Origin: the human T2T-CHM13v2.0 reference genome, Homo sapiens | Direction: 5' to 3' (one strand) | NCBI RefSeq assembly: GCF_009914755.1 | Contig: NC_060935.1 | DNA length: 64,000 bases | Position numbers and translations under genes: made by a program | The notes under the pieces: model-generated | Seen by the model: only the letters and a program-made list of their open reading frames with translations | Databases searched by the model: none | Told to the model about the DNA's origin: nothing | Shown here: piece after piece, positions 1-15,467 of the stretch | How the letters are laid out: each line of letters opens with the position of its first letter | Position numbering within the stretch: position 1 is the stretch's first letter

Positions 1-428
1 CACAATGCGCAGGTTTGTTACATATGTATACATGTGCCATGCTGGTGTGCTGCACCCATTAACTCGTAATTTACACTAGGTATATCTCCTAATGCTATCC
101 CTCCCCGCTCCCACTACCCCATGACAGGCATCAGTGTGTGATGTTCCCCTTCCTGTGTCCAAGTGATCTCATTGTTCAATTCCCACCTATGAGTGAGAAC
201 ATGTGGTGTTTGGTTTTCTGTCCTCGGGATAGTTTGCTGAGAATGATGGTTTCCAGCTTCATCCATGTCCCTACAAAGGACATGGAATCATCCTTTTCTT
301 ATGGCTGCATAATATTCCATGGTGTATGTGTGCCACATTTTCTTAATCCAATCTATCACTGATGGGCATTTGGGTTGGTTCCAAGTCTTGCTATTGCGAA
401 TAGTGCTGCAATAAACATACGTCTGCAT
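1..428 (-). mobile_element. L1PA-type LINE-1 3' end
   Basis: Reverse complement of the primate L1 3' end (gtttgttacatatgtatacatgtgccatg ... atgagtgagaacatgtggtgtttggttttctg ... ttcatccatgtccctacaaaggacatg). Confidence 0.9.
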
Positions 429-429
429 C

Positions 430-1360
430 AGCATGGCCTATTTTGCTGTTAATACCTGTGATTGTATGATTAAATTCTCATAGAGAGTTTTTCATATCTA
501 TCAGATCAGTTTTGTTCTTTCTTAAAAGGGCTATTTTGTCTTTCAACTCATATCATTTTATTAGATTCCTTAGATTCCTTGAATTTGGTTTCAACTGTCT
601 CCTGAATCTCGATGATCTTCATTCCTATCTTGATTCTAAATTATATGTCTGTCATTTCAGCCCAGTTAAGAACCATTGCTGAGGAACTACTGCAGTCCCT
701 TGAAGGTAAGAAGACACTCTGGCTTTTTGAGTTGCCAGAGTTCTTGTGCTGCTTCTTTTTAATCTGTGTAGACTGATGTTTCTTTAATCTTTGGTGTCGC
801 TGTCTGTATTAATCTGTTCTCAAGCTGGTAATAAAGACATACCAGAGACTGGGTAATTTATAAGGAAAGAGGTTTAATTTGCTCACAATTCCACATTGTT
901 AGGCTGGGGAGGCCTAACAATCATGGCAAATGAGGAGCAAAATTACGTCTTACGTGGTGTCAAGCAAGAGAGCTTGTGCAGGGGAATTCCCATTTATAAA
1001 ATCATCAGATCTCATGAGAGCTCACTCACTGGGGAAGCACCCCATGATTAAGTTATCTCCTTCTGGTCCTGCCCTTGACACATGGGGATTTATTCAAGGT
1101 GACATTTGGGTGGGGACACAGAGCCAAACCATATCACTGTCCTTTGGATGGGGTTTTTGCTCTTATATTCTTTGACACCTTTGATGGTTTGATTGTGGAA
1201 TAAGGTGGGTTCCGTTGACTGGCTTCATTTCTGGGAAACTTCTGGGGGCCAAGGCTCAGCTCATTACTCCGGGGCTGTGTGCCCTAATCCTGGGAAGCTG
1301 GTACCAGGCTCCTGGCTTTGTTCTCTTGTCCCTTGAGGTGAGAAACCTGCTGCACTTGAC
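430..1360 (-). mobile_element. Older L1 5'/ORF1 fragment interrupted by a THE1 LTR
   Basis: L1 ORF1-like antisense sequence (aagacactctggctttttgagttgccagagttcttg) resumes on both sides of the THE1 insertion. Confidence 0.6.
805..1136 (-). mobile_element. THE1 (MaLR) solo LTR
   Basis: tgtatt...aataaagacataccagagactgggtaatttata...ggggacacagagccaaaccatatca, flanked by a 5-bp target-site duplication CTGTC (800-804 and 1137-1141). Confidence 0.9.
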
Positions 1361-1399
1361 ATTGGACATCTTAAGTTCTAACTTAAAGTTCTAACTTAA

Positions 1400-3070
1400 G
1401 TTCTAACTGCAAAAGCACAGACAATGCAAGCAAAAATAGACAAATTTCATTATAATCAAAATAAAAAGCTTATGCACACCAAAGAAAACAATTAAAGAGA
1501 CAGTCTACAGATTGGGAGAAAATATTTGCAAGCCATACATCTGATAAGGGGTTAATAGACAAAATTTATAAGGATCTCAAACAACTCTACAGAAAGAAAA
1601 CAAATAGTCCAATTAAAAAATGGGCATGGGAGGTGAATAGACATTTCTCAAAGAAGACATACAAATGACCAATAAACATATGAAAAAGTGTTCAACCTCA
1701 CTAATCATTAGGGAAATGGAAATTAAAACCACAATGAGATATCACCTCACACCTGCTAGAATGGCTACTACAGAAAAGAGGAAATGTAACAGGTGTGGGA
1801 GAGGATGTGTAGAAAAGGGAACACTTGCACACTGTTGTAGGAATGTAAATTAGTGTAGCCATTATGGAAAACTTATAAGTTTCTGAACAAAAATAAAAAT
1901 AAAATTACATATGACCTAGCAATCTCACATCTGGGTATTTACTGAAAAGACTTGAAATTTGTATATTGAAGAGATGTCTGCATTTCCATGTTCATTGCAG
2001 CACTTTTTGCAATAGTCAAGTTTTGGAATCAACCTAAGTGTCTATCAACAGATAAATGGATAAAGAAAATATAGTATATATACACAGTAGAATACTATTC
2101 TACCTTAAAGAAAAGAAACTTTTTTATTTGCAGCAACAAAGATGGAATTGGAGAACATTAGGCTAAGTGAAATAAGCCTGCCACAGAAAGACAAATATTA
2201 CATGTTTCACTTATTTGTGGAATCTAAAACAATCAAACTCAAATAAGCAGAGAGTAGAACAGTGGTTACCAGAGCCTGGGGATGGTAAAGGGATAAGGAT
2301 ATCATGGTCAAACAGTACAAAGCCTCAACTGGACAGGAGAATAAGGTTTCTTTAAGATATACTGCACAGCATGGTGAATATAGTAAAAAATGTATTATAC
2401 ATTTTGAAATTGCCAAAAGAATACATTTCAACCATTCTCAAGACAAAAAAATAATGATTTTAGGTGATTGGTGTGTGAATTACCATGATCTAATTATTCC
2501 ACATTGAATTCATAAATCATAACATCACTTTGTACCCAATAAATAAGACAACTATAATTTATCAATTTATAATTAATAATTTGTTAATAAATAAGATAAC
2601 AGGCAAAAGATTTGAGTACACATTTCACCAAAGAAAATATGTGAATGGGCATAAACAGATGAAAAGATTATCAGAATCATTAGTCATTAGTGAAATGCAA
2701 ATTAAAACCACAATGAGAAGCCACTTAACACACACTAGAATAACTATAATAAAAATGACCAGTGATAAAATATGTCCATGAAGATGTGGCTAAATGAGGG
2801 CCCTTTACAATGCTGATGGAAATATAAAATAGTATCACCGCTTTGGAAAATAGTTTGGCCTTTTCTTAAAACTGATAAATATGAATATATCATGCAATTT
2901 AATGATACTATTCTTAGGTTTCTATCCCATATATTAGTATATGGATAAACAAAATGTACTATATCTATACGGAGAAATACTATTTCATAATAAAAAAGAA
3001 CAAATACTAATAGATGATACATCATGGATGAACTTCCACAACATTATGCTGCAAGAAAAAAGCCAGTGAA
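1400..3070 (+). mobile_element. L1M (L1MA/MB-like) ORF2 C-terminus and 3' UTR, two pieces
   Basis: ORF2 C-terminal remnants [26 protein letters not shown] (1665-1853) and EMQIKTTMRSHLT (~2700). Confidence 0.85.
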
Positions 3071-3099
3071 TGAGTTTATATATAACCCCCACACTCCCA

Positions 3100-3272
3100 G
3101 TCTTCAGATTAAAATGTAGCCCCAGCTGACAGCTTTTGTCTGCAACCTCAACACAGACCTTTAGCCAAAAGCACCCAGTTAAGCCTCATCCCACAGAAAC
3201 TTGTGATAATCAGTTTGTTGTTTTAAGCCACTACATTTTGGAAAACCTTGTTATGCAACAATAACTAATACA
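3100..3272. mobile_element. MLT1-type LTR fragment
   Basis: ccacagaaact...ttgttgttttaagccact...ttgttatgcaacaataactaataca is a typical MLT1 terminus. Confidence 0.6.
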
Positions 3273-3381
3273 CTACCCCTGTGAAATTTCTATATTGTGC
3301 TTATTCTCTTTCATAAAATGTGTTGAGTAATCACCTAGCTCAATCTGTAATCTCATTTATTCTTAAGAAATAGGAATTATC

Positions 3382-3646
<265 letters not shown>

Positions 3647-4399
3647 AAGAAATAGGAATTATCTATTCCTTCAGGATTGTACATAAAATCTTGCTGGTTC
3701 TAGCACCTTTTGGATGTAAAAGGATACAACATTGACCACTTGTAAGTTTGTTTTGGTCAATATTATTCATTCGTATTTCCCTGAAAGTGTCCATTTCATT
3801 CACATATTCAGGATAGAGGGTTTAAAGGATTCTATCATGATATCAAAGCTCTTCTCTATCTGTAGTTTATGTTCCTTTTCTTCCCTGTATTATTTTTTTT
3901 CTCTTTTTCTCATGATGTTTTCCTAAGACTCAACTAATATATGAATCTTCCCATAAACTACCTAGTGGTCTTACTAAATAACTCTACAATGTTTCTTGCT
4001 TTGTTTTGTTTCTTATTTATGTGTGATATTATTTTTGTTTATTGCCTCCTATTTTGTTTCAGTTTTTTTCTATTTATTTTGTTATTTATTTCGATTCTTC
4101 AGTTGAGCAGTATGCTGCTTTCATACTTTCATGAATTCTAGTAAATGTCTTGAAAACCATAAATGTCCTTTTTTATACCACTTTGGCTGCAATCCACAGG
4201 ATTTCATTTATAGTGCTCTCCGTTTTTTCAGATCTAATTATTTTGTATTCATTTTTATGTATGCCTTAGCCCAAGTGTTATGTAGGAATGTGTTGTGTTT
4301 GAATATCTCTATGTATGAATTTGGGAATATATCTTATTGTTATTGATTTCTGATATTAGCAACTTGCTGCAGGGAGCATGCCCTTTTCGATATCAATTT

Positions 4400-5560
<1,161 letters not shown>

Positions 5561-6651
5561 TTTACACAGAGAGAGACAGCAACCTTGTGCCAATATGCTT
5601 CTCATAGCTATGAAGAGAATCTATCTATAGACTTGATCAACTCAAGTGCAGAAAGAGAAAAAAAAATTGCCTCCTAACAACTGATGGAGTGATTTTACTC
5701 ATTTCGTTTGACCTTATGTCTATCATTTATTTTTACCTTATTTTCTATCTTTTTCTCTTATTTTGCTAGTTGAACAAAGTTATTATCCATTTTTTACCTA
5801 TACTGGAAAATAGTGTATACTAAGATTCTCCTTTCAATTAACAACATATTGAACTAAAGGTTTTACTCGCTCCATATAAGTTAAGCACACCTGCAACTCC
5901 AGCAGCCACTTGGGTCAGGAGACCTAGCCAGAAATTGATTTGGAAATAGTAGAGAAGCCCCCTGGGACAATCTCATAACATTTAAATAGTGAAATTATAA
6001 ACACAAAACAATGCCCAACAATGAAAGGATGATTACATAAATATATTATGAAATATCCATAATATGGAATATTATGCAGAAAGTAAAAATTACTGTTTTG
6101 GAGTATTTGAAAATAGTATAGGAAAATATTTATAATAAAGTAATACTTATTAATAAATAAAGCTATAGGTGAATCACAAGAATAAGAGAGAGAGAAATTT
6201 AATGGAAAGTAAATAAACTAAAATAGTAATGATCTTTTAAGTGATCAAGTAATGTGTTATATCTATTATCAGATAATCTTATTTTTTCCAATTTTACATG
6301 AAATAATATTTAGGAATCAATAAAAATAAAATATACTTATAGGATATAGGCATATATGTGTTTGTCTACTCTTATACAGAGAAAAACTTGTGAGTGACTT
6401 AGCAAAAGTATATTCAATGGAAAGCTGAGGGAAAATGTCAGCCACTTGTGGGGTAAGAAGTGAATGAAAGATAAAATGGAAATGAAGCATAGAGACTATG
6501 ATTTTCCTGAGGGGGAAAGGGAAAAGCATTCATTAAAAAAAAAACTAAATACAGGAAAGTCAATTTTGTGTTTTGTTTTTAACATGGCAGGAACTTGAGG
6601 ATATTGACAGACTTAAAGTAAGGAAAACAATGGATTTAGAAAGCTGGCAGC

Positions 6652-6957
6652 GCCGGGCACGTAGCTCACTGCTGTAATCCCAGCACTCTGGGAGGCAGAG
6701 GCAGGCAGATCACTTGAGGCCAAGAGTTCAAGACCAGCCTGGCCAACATGGTGAAACTTCATCTCTACCAAAAATAGAAAAATTAGTTGGGTGTGGTGGC
6801 ACACACCTGTAATCCCAGCTACATGGGAGGTTGAGGCAGGAGATTCACTTGAACCTGGAGGTGGAGGTTGCAGTGAGCTGAGATCATGCTGCTGCCCTCC
6901 AGCCTGGGTGACAGAGTAAGACTCTGTCTCAAATAAATAAATAAATAAGAAAAAGAA
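6652..6957 (+). mobile_element. AluS
   Basis: Full dimeric Alu with (AAAT)n tail. Confidence 0.9.
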
Positions 6958-7460
6958 AACCGGCATCAACAAGAAGAAAAATAGATAATTAATGCATCAA
7001 AGTCCCCAAAGCTGTCAGTACTGCTGAAGGCAGGAAAGGAAGGTAAACAATGAATACTTGATTATAAATTGTTTATTGAAAATCTGGTGTCTTCCTGGAG
7101 AGTTATGTGCAATAAAACTCTATAATTTCTAGGTCAAATTTAATTATCTAATGGTAAATTACCTTCATTCTTCTTCTACTGTGACAGCTTATATTTGATA
7201 GCTTGATAGCTATCTGATTTTCTTCTTGGTGTTCTTTTAAGAAAAGTCATTGGTCAAAGCACTTTATCTTTCTTTGCTGAAGCCCTCTGCAATCTAAGCC
7301 ATCTTTTGATGTTCATCTGGTACCTACTGGTCCACCCCCAGAATGCAGTGAACCTTCCTCTGACCCTTCTTTGATATCCGTGATTGGTAGCCCATGGATT
7401 ACACAATGTTCTTGGGCTTCCTGGGCAGAATTCCAAGCCTGCCTCCTGGCTCCAAATCTC

Positions 7461-7540
7461 TTAGGTTGGTGCAAACATAATTGCGATTTTTGCCATTGAA
7501 AGTAATGGCAAAAACCACAATTACATTTACACCAGCCTAC
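7461..7540. mobile_element. MADE1 (miniature Hsmar1 mariner element)
   Basis: 80-bp imperfect palindrome ttaggttggtgcaaa...ttgccattgaaagtaatggcaaaa...acaccagccta made of two Hsmar1 inverted repeats. Confidence 0.9.
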
Positions 7541-8014
7541 ATCAGGCTGGCAAACAAATGTTCATAGAAAATATCAAGCAGTGAAAATTATGCCCTTAGT
7601 GTTCCATAAAGGATTTCAATTATTTGTTCCCATAAATTGTATTGCTTTGCAGTGTAAACTGTACTTCCAAAGCTTTTCCTCGTGATCAAGAAAGAAATAA
7701 TTCTCAGAGAGGTGAGAAAAAGCAGTAAATGCTGGATTCTTGATCAGAGATGCTAATGATCCTAGGCCATTCTGGCTTCAGTAAATGGAGCAGTCAGCAA
7801 TAACCAGCACAATGACCCTAAGATCCCCCTTTGAGTTTCTAGGGTGCTGGCAGAGGCTTGTGCCCAGGCACCGCTGCCCCAGCAACTCAGGAGGAAGGAA
7901 CTGAATGGAGGTTTAGGAAAAAACATCTCCAGAGCTTTCATGCCCCTCACTGGCCCTCCTTAGGCTAAGACTTGGGAAGTTTGCCTCTTCCAAGACCTCC
8001 CCATCCCTGACTCA

Positions 8015-8570
<556 letters not shown>

Positions 8571-9208
8571 GTTTACTCATACCCTCTTTAAGCATTCCCT
8601 ACGGCACCCAAAGTATTCTGGTGTTTATGTTCATTTCCTTAGTGTCTAAGAAGTAATTTGTGCCTCTCTGTCAGAAATATGCTCGTGTTGCATTGCCGTT
8701 TCTTTGTATATATTATTTGCTTTCCGAAGTGTATTATAGGTTCCCTAAGGCCCACTCTTCTTTCTTTAATTCCTCTCATATTACATATAACTGATGTGAA
8801 AACAATTTGTGTTAACTTAGGTTTCAATATAAAAATTAGTTTATCTCATTCGATCGATTGGACAGAAAGATAATCAAATAAAAGTTTTTCTGTATCTCAC
8901 TAGTCTGTTTATAATTCCATTGCTTAAGCATGCTAACACACGGTGCCAAAATAGTAATAAATAGGCATGCTGTTGTATTACGTGGTTCTTCCCATTATCA
9001 GAAAAATAAAATGAATGCTTTTCCTCTATAACTGCTTCCTTAACTTTTACAGTTCCTCCAGAATGCATAAGACAATGCTGATATTTCAAGTCTCTCTCCT
9101 GCCTTTGCCATGGCTGTGCTTTCTACTACCTTTGCACACACCCTGTTGACCTTTGATAAATGTACTTTAAATGACTGATAGTCATGATGATTGCATGCTG
9201 TCTCCTGA

Positions 9209-9215
9209 TATAAAA
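9209..9215 (+). promoter_or_regulatory. Candidate TATA box of the beta-defensin gene
   Basis: TATAAAA 150 bp upstream of the defensin ATG, in an AT-rich background. Confidence 0.35.
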
Positions 9216-9358
9216 TCTCATTGAAACACAGAAATGTTATTGCTCCTGAAAGGTTCAATAATCACTCAGCAACTCACCTCTTCAGAGGACTGAATGTACA
9301 CAGAAGTCCTCTTCATCTCAACTACTGATTCTCTCTAACCTGCTTTACCTATTCAACC

Positions 9359-9416
9359 ATGAGGGTCTTGTTTTTTGTCTTTGGAGTCCTTTCCTTGATG
9401 TCCACAGTTCCTCCAA
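9359..9416 (+). CDS. DEFB131B: Beta-defensin 131B, coding exon 1 (signal peptide)
   Basis: MRVLFFVFGVLSLMSTVPP plus 1 nt, then a GT donor (aa|gtaagg) at 9417. A phase-1 signal-peptide exon is typical of beta-defensins. Confidence 0.93.
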
Positions 9417-9618
9417 GTAAGGCAGAAACTTTTTTATTCCAAAGTTCTAAAAATATAAGTAAAAGAAAATGCAAGGTCTTTCAAGAGTCTGAAAATAAAT
9501 TAGGCATGGGCAGATTTTACTGTACCATGAAGGCTGCTCAGAAGATTGAAGAGTTGATACTAAAGAAATAAATAAGGTGGTTCACTGCAGTGATTTAACC
9601 TATGATAAACTCACTTGA

Positions 9619-9928
9619 GGCCAGGCACAGTGGCTCATGTCTATAATCCCAGCATTTGGGGAGTTTGAGGTGGGTGAGCTTGGGAGTTCTAGACCAGCCC
9701 GGTGGGGGCAACAGGGTGAAACCCCATCTCTACAAAAAAAAAAAAAATACAAAAAATTAGTCAGGTATAGTGGCGCGTGCCTGTGGTTCTGGCTGCTCAG
9801 GAAGCTTAGGCAGGAGGATCGCTTGAGCCTGAGATGTCAAGGCTGCATTCAGCTTAGTTCATGCCACTGCACACCAGCCTGGGCAACAGAGTGAGACCCT
9901 GTCTCAAAAAATAATCATAAAAAAAAAT
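9619..9928 (+). mobile_element. AluJ in the DEFB131B intron
   Basis: Diverged dimeric Alu (gaggatcgcttgagcc). TSD ataaact(c/t)acttga. Confidence 0.85.
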
Positions 9929-10509
9929 AAACTTACTTGAGAGTTGTGTTTGATCAAAAGATGGTGAGAGGATGCACACAGAACACAGGAAATTTAAAGA
10001 ATTGGAAAAATGAAAAGCGAATGAAGACTAGAAGAAGGGCTAGAGGTGAAGAGGTGGATGCTCCACCATAATCCTTGGTTCACAGGATAAATTCACCACT
10101 GATCCAGGCAAGGACCTAGCCTCTGTGTTCCTTTAAAGTTGAATAAAACTCATATGATATCATTTAATGTATATGGAAATTACTTTTTGTATGGTGAGAG
10201 TTAAGATTCCACCTTAATTTTTAACCACAAAACTAGCCAATTATATATAAGCATATTTATTAAATAATCAATATGACTTTCCCAAATTAATTTTAAAATT
10301 CATCAATACCCCATAATAAAAACATATTAAACTGTGGTTCATACCTGAGATTTAGATTACTGGTTGACTTATTGATCATTTCTGAAGCACATTTTAATAC
10401 TTCACAATTCAAGATTCCCTCATTTATATAATACTTCATGATTCAAGATTCCCTTATTTATATAATTATAAATAATTATGCCTTTCCCCCATGAATGTTA
10501 GTGGGTTTT

Positions 10510-12230
10510 TTATATTTTTATTGAGATAAAATTTACCATAATATTCATTGCCTTAAAGTGTTCTATTCAGTGGTTATCAAGTGTATTCTTAAAATTGTGC
10601 ACCCCTCACCATTATCTAATTCCAGAATATGTTTATCAGCGCAAGAAGAAATCTCTCCTCCTCCCAGTCCCTAGCAACCACTGATCTAATTTTTGTCTCT
10701 ATGTATATTCCTATTCTGGACATTTACTATGAACAGAATAATAAATATCTGATCCTTCATGTCTGCCTTCTTTCATTTAGCATAATGTTTTCAAGATTCA
10801 TCCATGTTGTGGCATAGATTCGTACTTCATTCCTTCATTCAGTGGTCATCAGTATATCCCACTTTAAGAATCCACTGATACTCACTAAATGGAACACTCT
10901 AAAGGAATGAATTTTATAGTAAATTCTATCTCAATAAAAATATAAAACACCAACATTCACGGAGGAAAAGTATAATTCTGTATAATTATATAAATGATGG
11001 AATCTTGAAATAAATTTTAAAATGTGCTCTGAGGTAACATGTGCCTCAGAAAAGATAAATAAGTCAATTGATAATCTAAATCTCAGGTATAAACCACAGT
11101 TTAATATGTATTTATTATAAAGTATTGGTGGATTTTAAAATTAATTTGGGAAAGTTAGATTGATTATTGGTGTTGGTAAAAAAAATTTCATCATATGAAT
11201 TATTTAGCATATGGTTGTTTATAACAGACTCTAATGATCCATTGTGTTTCTTTTATATCAGTTGTAATGTCTCCTGTTTTATTTCTGATTTTATTTATTT
11301 GGCATTCTCTCTTTTGTTCTTGGTTAGTCTAGCTAGCAGTTTATAAAGTCTGTTTATCTCTTCCAAAAGTCAACTTTTTGTTTCATTAATTCTTTGAATT
11401 TTTTAAATCTCGAATTCACTTAGTCCTGCTCTGATTTTTATTATTTCTTTCCTTCTCCTAAGTTTGGATTTCATTTTTTCTTGTTTTTCTTGTTCCTTGA
11501 GGTGCATAGTAGCTTGTTTATAATCTTACTATGTTCTTGCAGTAGGCATTTATTGCTGTAAAATTCTCTCTTAGCACTGTCTTTGTTGTATTCCATAGGC
11601 TTTGGTATGTTGTGTTTCCATTTGCATTTATTTCAAGAACATTTGTTATTTTCTTCTGAGTTTTTTCATTGACTCAATGGTTGTTCAGAAGCATGTTGTT
11701 TAATTTCCATGTTATCTGTATAGTTTCCAAAGTTCTTCCTAGTATTCATTTCTAGTTCTATTCTATTTTTGTCTAGAATATACTTGATATAATGTTGATT
11801 TTTCAAAATTTGTTGAAACTTGTTTTGTGTCTTAACATATGGTCTAGCCTGGAGAATGTTCTGTGTGATGAGGAGAAGAATGTGTACTCCACAGCTTTTG
11901 GATGAAATGTTGTGTAAATGTCTGTTAAGTCTATTTGTTCTGTGGTACAGATTAAATTTGATGATTATTTGTTAGCTTTCTACCTAGATGATCTGTTCAA
12001 TGCTGAAAGTGGGGTATTGAAGCCCTCAGTTATCATGATGTTGAGGTGTATCTCTCTCTTTAGCTCTAATGACATTTTTAATATATCTATTCCACTACTG
12101 GGTACATATATATACATATTTGGAATTTTTATATCCTCTTGCTGGATTGGCCCTTTTATCATTATATGATGGCCTTCTTTGTCTCTTTTTATGTTTTTTC
12201 ACTTAAAGTCAATTTTGTCCAATATAAATA
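10510..12230 (-). mobile_element. L1M fragments (3' UTR piece and ORF2 endonuclease region)
   Basis: Antisense ORF 11980-12162 MIKGPIQQEDI...GFNTPLSALNRSSR matches the L1 ORF2 endonuclease. Confidence 0.8.
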
Positions 12231-12235
12231 TAGAT

Positions 12236-12638
12236 GTATTAGGCCATTCTTGCATTGCTATAGGGTTATCATAATAAAGTACCACATAATGGGTGCCTTA
12301 AATAACAAAAGTTCATTTTCTCACAGTTCTGGAAGTTATAAGTCTAAGATCAAGACGTCAGCACATTTGGTTTCTCCTGAGGCCTGTCTTGGCTTGCAGC
12401 TGGTTGCCTTCTTGCCATGTCCTCTTATGGCATTTTTTTGTGCACATGAATTCCTGGTGTCTCTTCCTCTTCTAATAAGGACATCAGCCATATTGCACGA
12501 GGGCCATACCCTGGGAGTCTCATTTTAGCTTTATCAGTCCTTAAAAAAAAAAAATCTTCAAATATGATTACATTCTGAGATACTAAAGATTGGGACTTTA
12601 ACATACAAATTTTGGAGGAAAACTGGTTAGCCCATAAC
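12236..12638 (-). mobile_element. MaLR LTR (MST start fused to an MLT1-like body)
   Basis: tgtattaggccattcttgcattgctata followed by ttctcacagttctggaag...tctaagatcaag...ttagcccataaca. Confidence 0.7.
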
Positions 12639-12639
12639 A

Positions 12640-14600
12640 ATGAATTCATCAATAGACTGATATGATCAAGGAAAGAATCAGTGAGCTTAAAGAATTTTAA
12701 ATAGCAACTTCCAAAACTTAAAAGCAAAGAAAAAAGAATTAAAAAGAACAGAATATTTAATAAGTGTAGGCCAATTAGAAAAGGAAAAATATATGTGTAA
12801 TGAAGTATCAGGAGGAGGAGAAAGAAAGGAACAGAAGAAATATTTGAAGAAATTCTGACTGAGATTTTCCCAAAATTGAAAATAAACAAAATCTACATAT
12901 CTAGGAAGCTGAGAGAATACCAAGCAAGATAAATACAAAAAATTTAAACATAGGCATATTATATTGAAACTGCCAAAAATCAAAGACGAAAAGAAAATCT
13001 TAAAAGAAGCCAGGAGGGGAAAAAATCTTTATCTATGGACAACCAAGGATAAGAATTACATCAGACTTCTCTTAAACCACATAAGCAAAAAGAGAGGAAA
13101 GTGAAATATTTAAAATGTTAAAAAAAAAAAAAGAACACTATCTTAAAACTCTCTACTTAGCAAAATTATCTTTTTTTTTTAGACAGAGTCTCACTTTGTC
13201 ACCCAGGCTGGAGTGCAGTGGCAGTGACCTTGGCTCACTGCAGCCTCCGCTTCCTGGGTCCAAGCAATCTCGTGCCTCAGCCAGCCACCACCACGCCTGG
13301 CTAATTTTGTATTTTTAGTAGAGACTGGGTTTCACTAGTTTGGCCAGGCTGGTCTTGAACCCCTGACCCCAGGTGATCTGCCCGCCTTGGCCTCCCAAAG
13401 TGCCAGGATTAAAGGTGCAGGCCACCATGCCCAGCCTACCCTCTAAATTAAAGTAAAAATACATAATTTTCTTAGGTAACCAAAAATAGAGTTTGTCACC
13501 AGTAGTCCTACCTTACAATAAAAGTAAAAAGAAATTCTTCACTCATACTCAATGGTGAAAAACTAAAAGCTTTTCTTCTAAGATCAGGAACAAGGCAAAA
13601 GTGCCCCTTCTTGCCACATTTATTTAACATGATTCTAAAAGTTCTAGCAAGAACAATTAGGCAAGAAAAGGAAATAAATGGCATCCAAACTGTTGGGGGG
13701 TGGGAATGAGTAAAATTATCTATTTCCAAATGACATAATTTTTTTGTAAAAAACCCTAAACTTCACTCCCCCAAAATTATTAAAACTAATAACAAATTCA
13801 GTAAAGTTGCAGGATAGAAAATCAACCTACAAATACCAGTTGTGTTTCTATAGCACTAACAGCAAGCAACTGGAAAGCAAGTAAAGAAAATCCCATTCAT
13901 AATAGCAAGAAAAAGATAAGATATTTAAGAATAAACTTAACCAAAAGATGAAAGACTGGTACATTAAAAATTGCAGACATTCATGAAAGAAATTAAAGAA
14001 GACACAAATCAGTAGAAAGATATCCTATGTTCATGAATTGGAAGACATAATAATATTAAAATATCCATACTATTCAAAGCAATTTATAGATTATATACAA
14101 TCCCTATCAAAATCCTAATGGCACTCTTGACAGAAATAGAAAAAACAATTTTAAAATTCATATAAAACCACAAAGGACCCAGAATAGTCAAAACAATGAG
14201 CAAGAAAAACAAAGCTAGGGGCATCACATTTTCTAATTTCAAAATGTATTATAAAGATAGAGTAATCAAAACTGTGTGCTACTGGGATAAAGATAGACAT
14301 ATAGGCCACTGGAAGAGAATAGAGGGCCAAGAAATCAACTGACACTTATAAAGTCAACTGGCCTTCAACAAACATGCGAAGAATATATAATGGGGAAAAG
14401 ATGGTTTCTTCAATACGTGGTACTAAGAAAACTGAATATTCATATGCAAAAGAATAAAACTGGGCCTGTATCTTACACTACACACAAAAAGCAATTCAAA
14501 ATGAACTACACATTTAAACATAATTACCTGAGACTGTAAAACTTATAGAAGAAAACATAAGGAGAAACTTTCATGATGTTGGTCATGGCAAATATTTTAA
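12640..14600 (+). mobile_element. Internally deleted L1M (ORF1 then ORF2), with an antisense Alu at 13171-13437
   Basis: ORF1-like gaaatatttgaagaaatt...atcagacttctc, and ORF2-like aatggtgaaaaactaaaagcttttcttctaagatcaggaacaaggcaa. Confidence 0.8.
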
Positions 14601-15312
14601 CTTATAAATTGTAACAAAAGGATTTGGGAAGGATTGGTATGTTTAAAGGGAATATTTATGGGAGATTATGGGTTATAGGCTCCTGTCCATATCTCAGTAA
14701 CTTCCTCAGTAAAGGAGACATGGCCTTGAGCCCGAATACACTGGGAAGCTGGAACTAAGACTCAACTCCTTCTGACCCCTTCTCTCAATTAAGGATTCTT
14801 TTTTCTCATTTCACCAAGAACAGAGAAGCAACCAAAGATAGCTTTTCCACTTTTCCACCACCATATCTCTTCACATGGTTTTATCTTTATCCATAATCTG
14901 CCTTCTCTTCACTCTGTGATTCAAGGCCAACCCCTCCACTTACACTAGATTCCATCCCCAATGACTTTTTTAAGAATTTAACTCCAGAAATTAAACATTA
15001 TTTCCTGCATTATGAATCTCTACACCACCCCCAAGCTGGATAATTCATTTTAGGTAGAAATATGTGGTAATAGTTCTCATTTAAAATTCTGTACATTTCC
15101 AACTACTGCCTCATTTACTACTCTCTTTACAGAAGAAATCATCGTTTGTCTTTATTCAGCATCTCCACTTTTTCTCTTGCATTCTTTTGCTGTTGTTTTT
15201 GTTTTTCTGGGAAAGTTCTGTAATGCTTTTAATTTATTATAAAACATTTCAGACATTTAAACATAAAAAGTAAGTAATATTGTGTCATATAATTTGTCTT
15301 CTCTTTTTAAAG

Positions 15313-15467
15313 CCAGAAGCTTCACTTCTAATGATGAATGTCCTTCAGAATATTATCATTGCAGACTGAAGTGCAATGCTGATGAACATGCAATTAGATA
15401 CTGTGCTGACTTCAGCATCTGCTGCAAACTGAAGATCATTCAAATTGATGGACAAAAGAAGTGGTGA
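15313..15467 (+). CDS. DEFB131B: Beta-defensin 131B, coding exon 2 (mature peptide)
   Basis: Acceptor tcttctctttttaaag|cc, phase 1. Encodes (T)[50 protein letters not shown] with six-cysteine beta-defensin spacing. The spliced product is 70 aa. Confidence 0.95.

Noticed and set aside
7254-7436. Possible additional defensin exon upstream of DEFB131B
   Set aside because: No six-cysteine pattern or signal-peptide exon was recognisable.
9359-9571. 70-aa single-exon ORF from the ORF track
   Set aside because: Only the first 58 nt are exonic. The rest reads through the GT donor into the intron.
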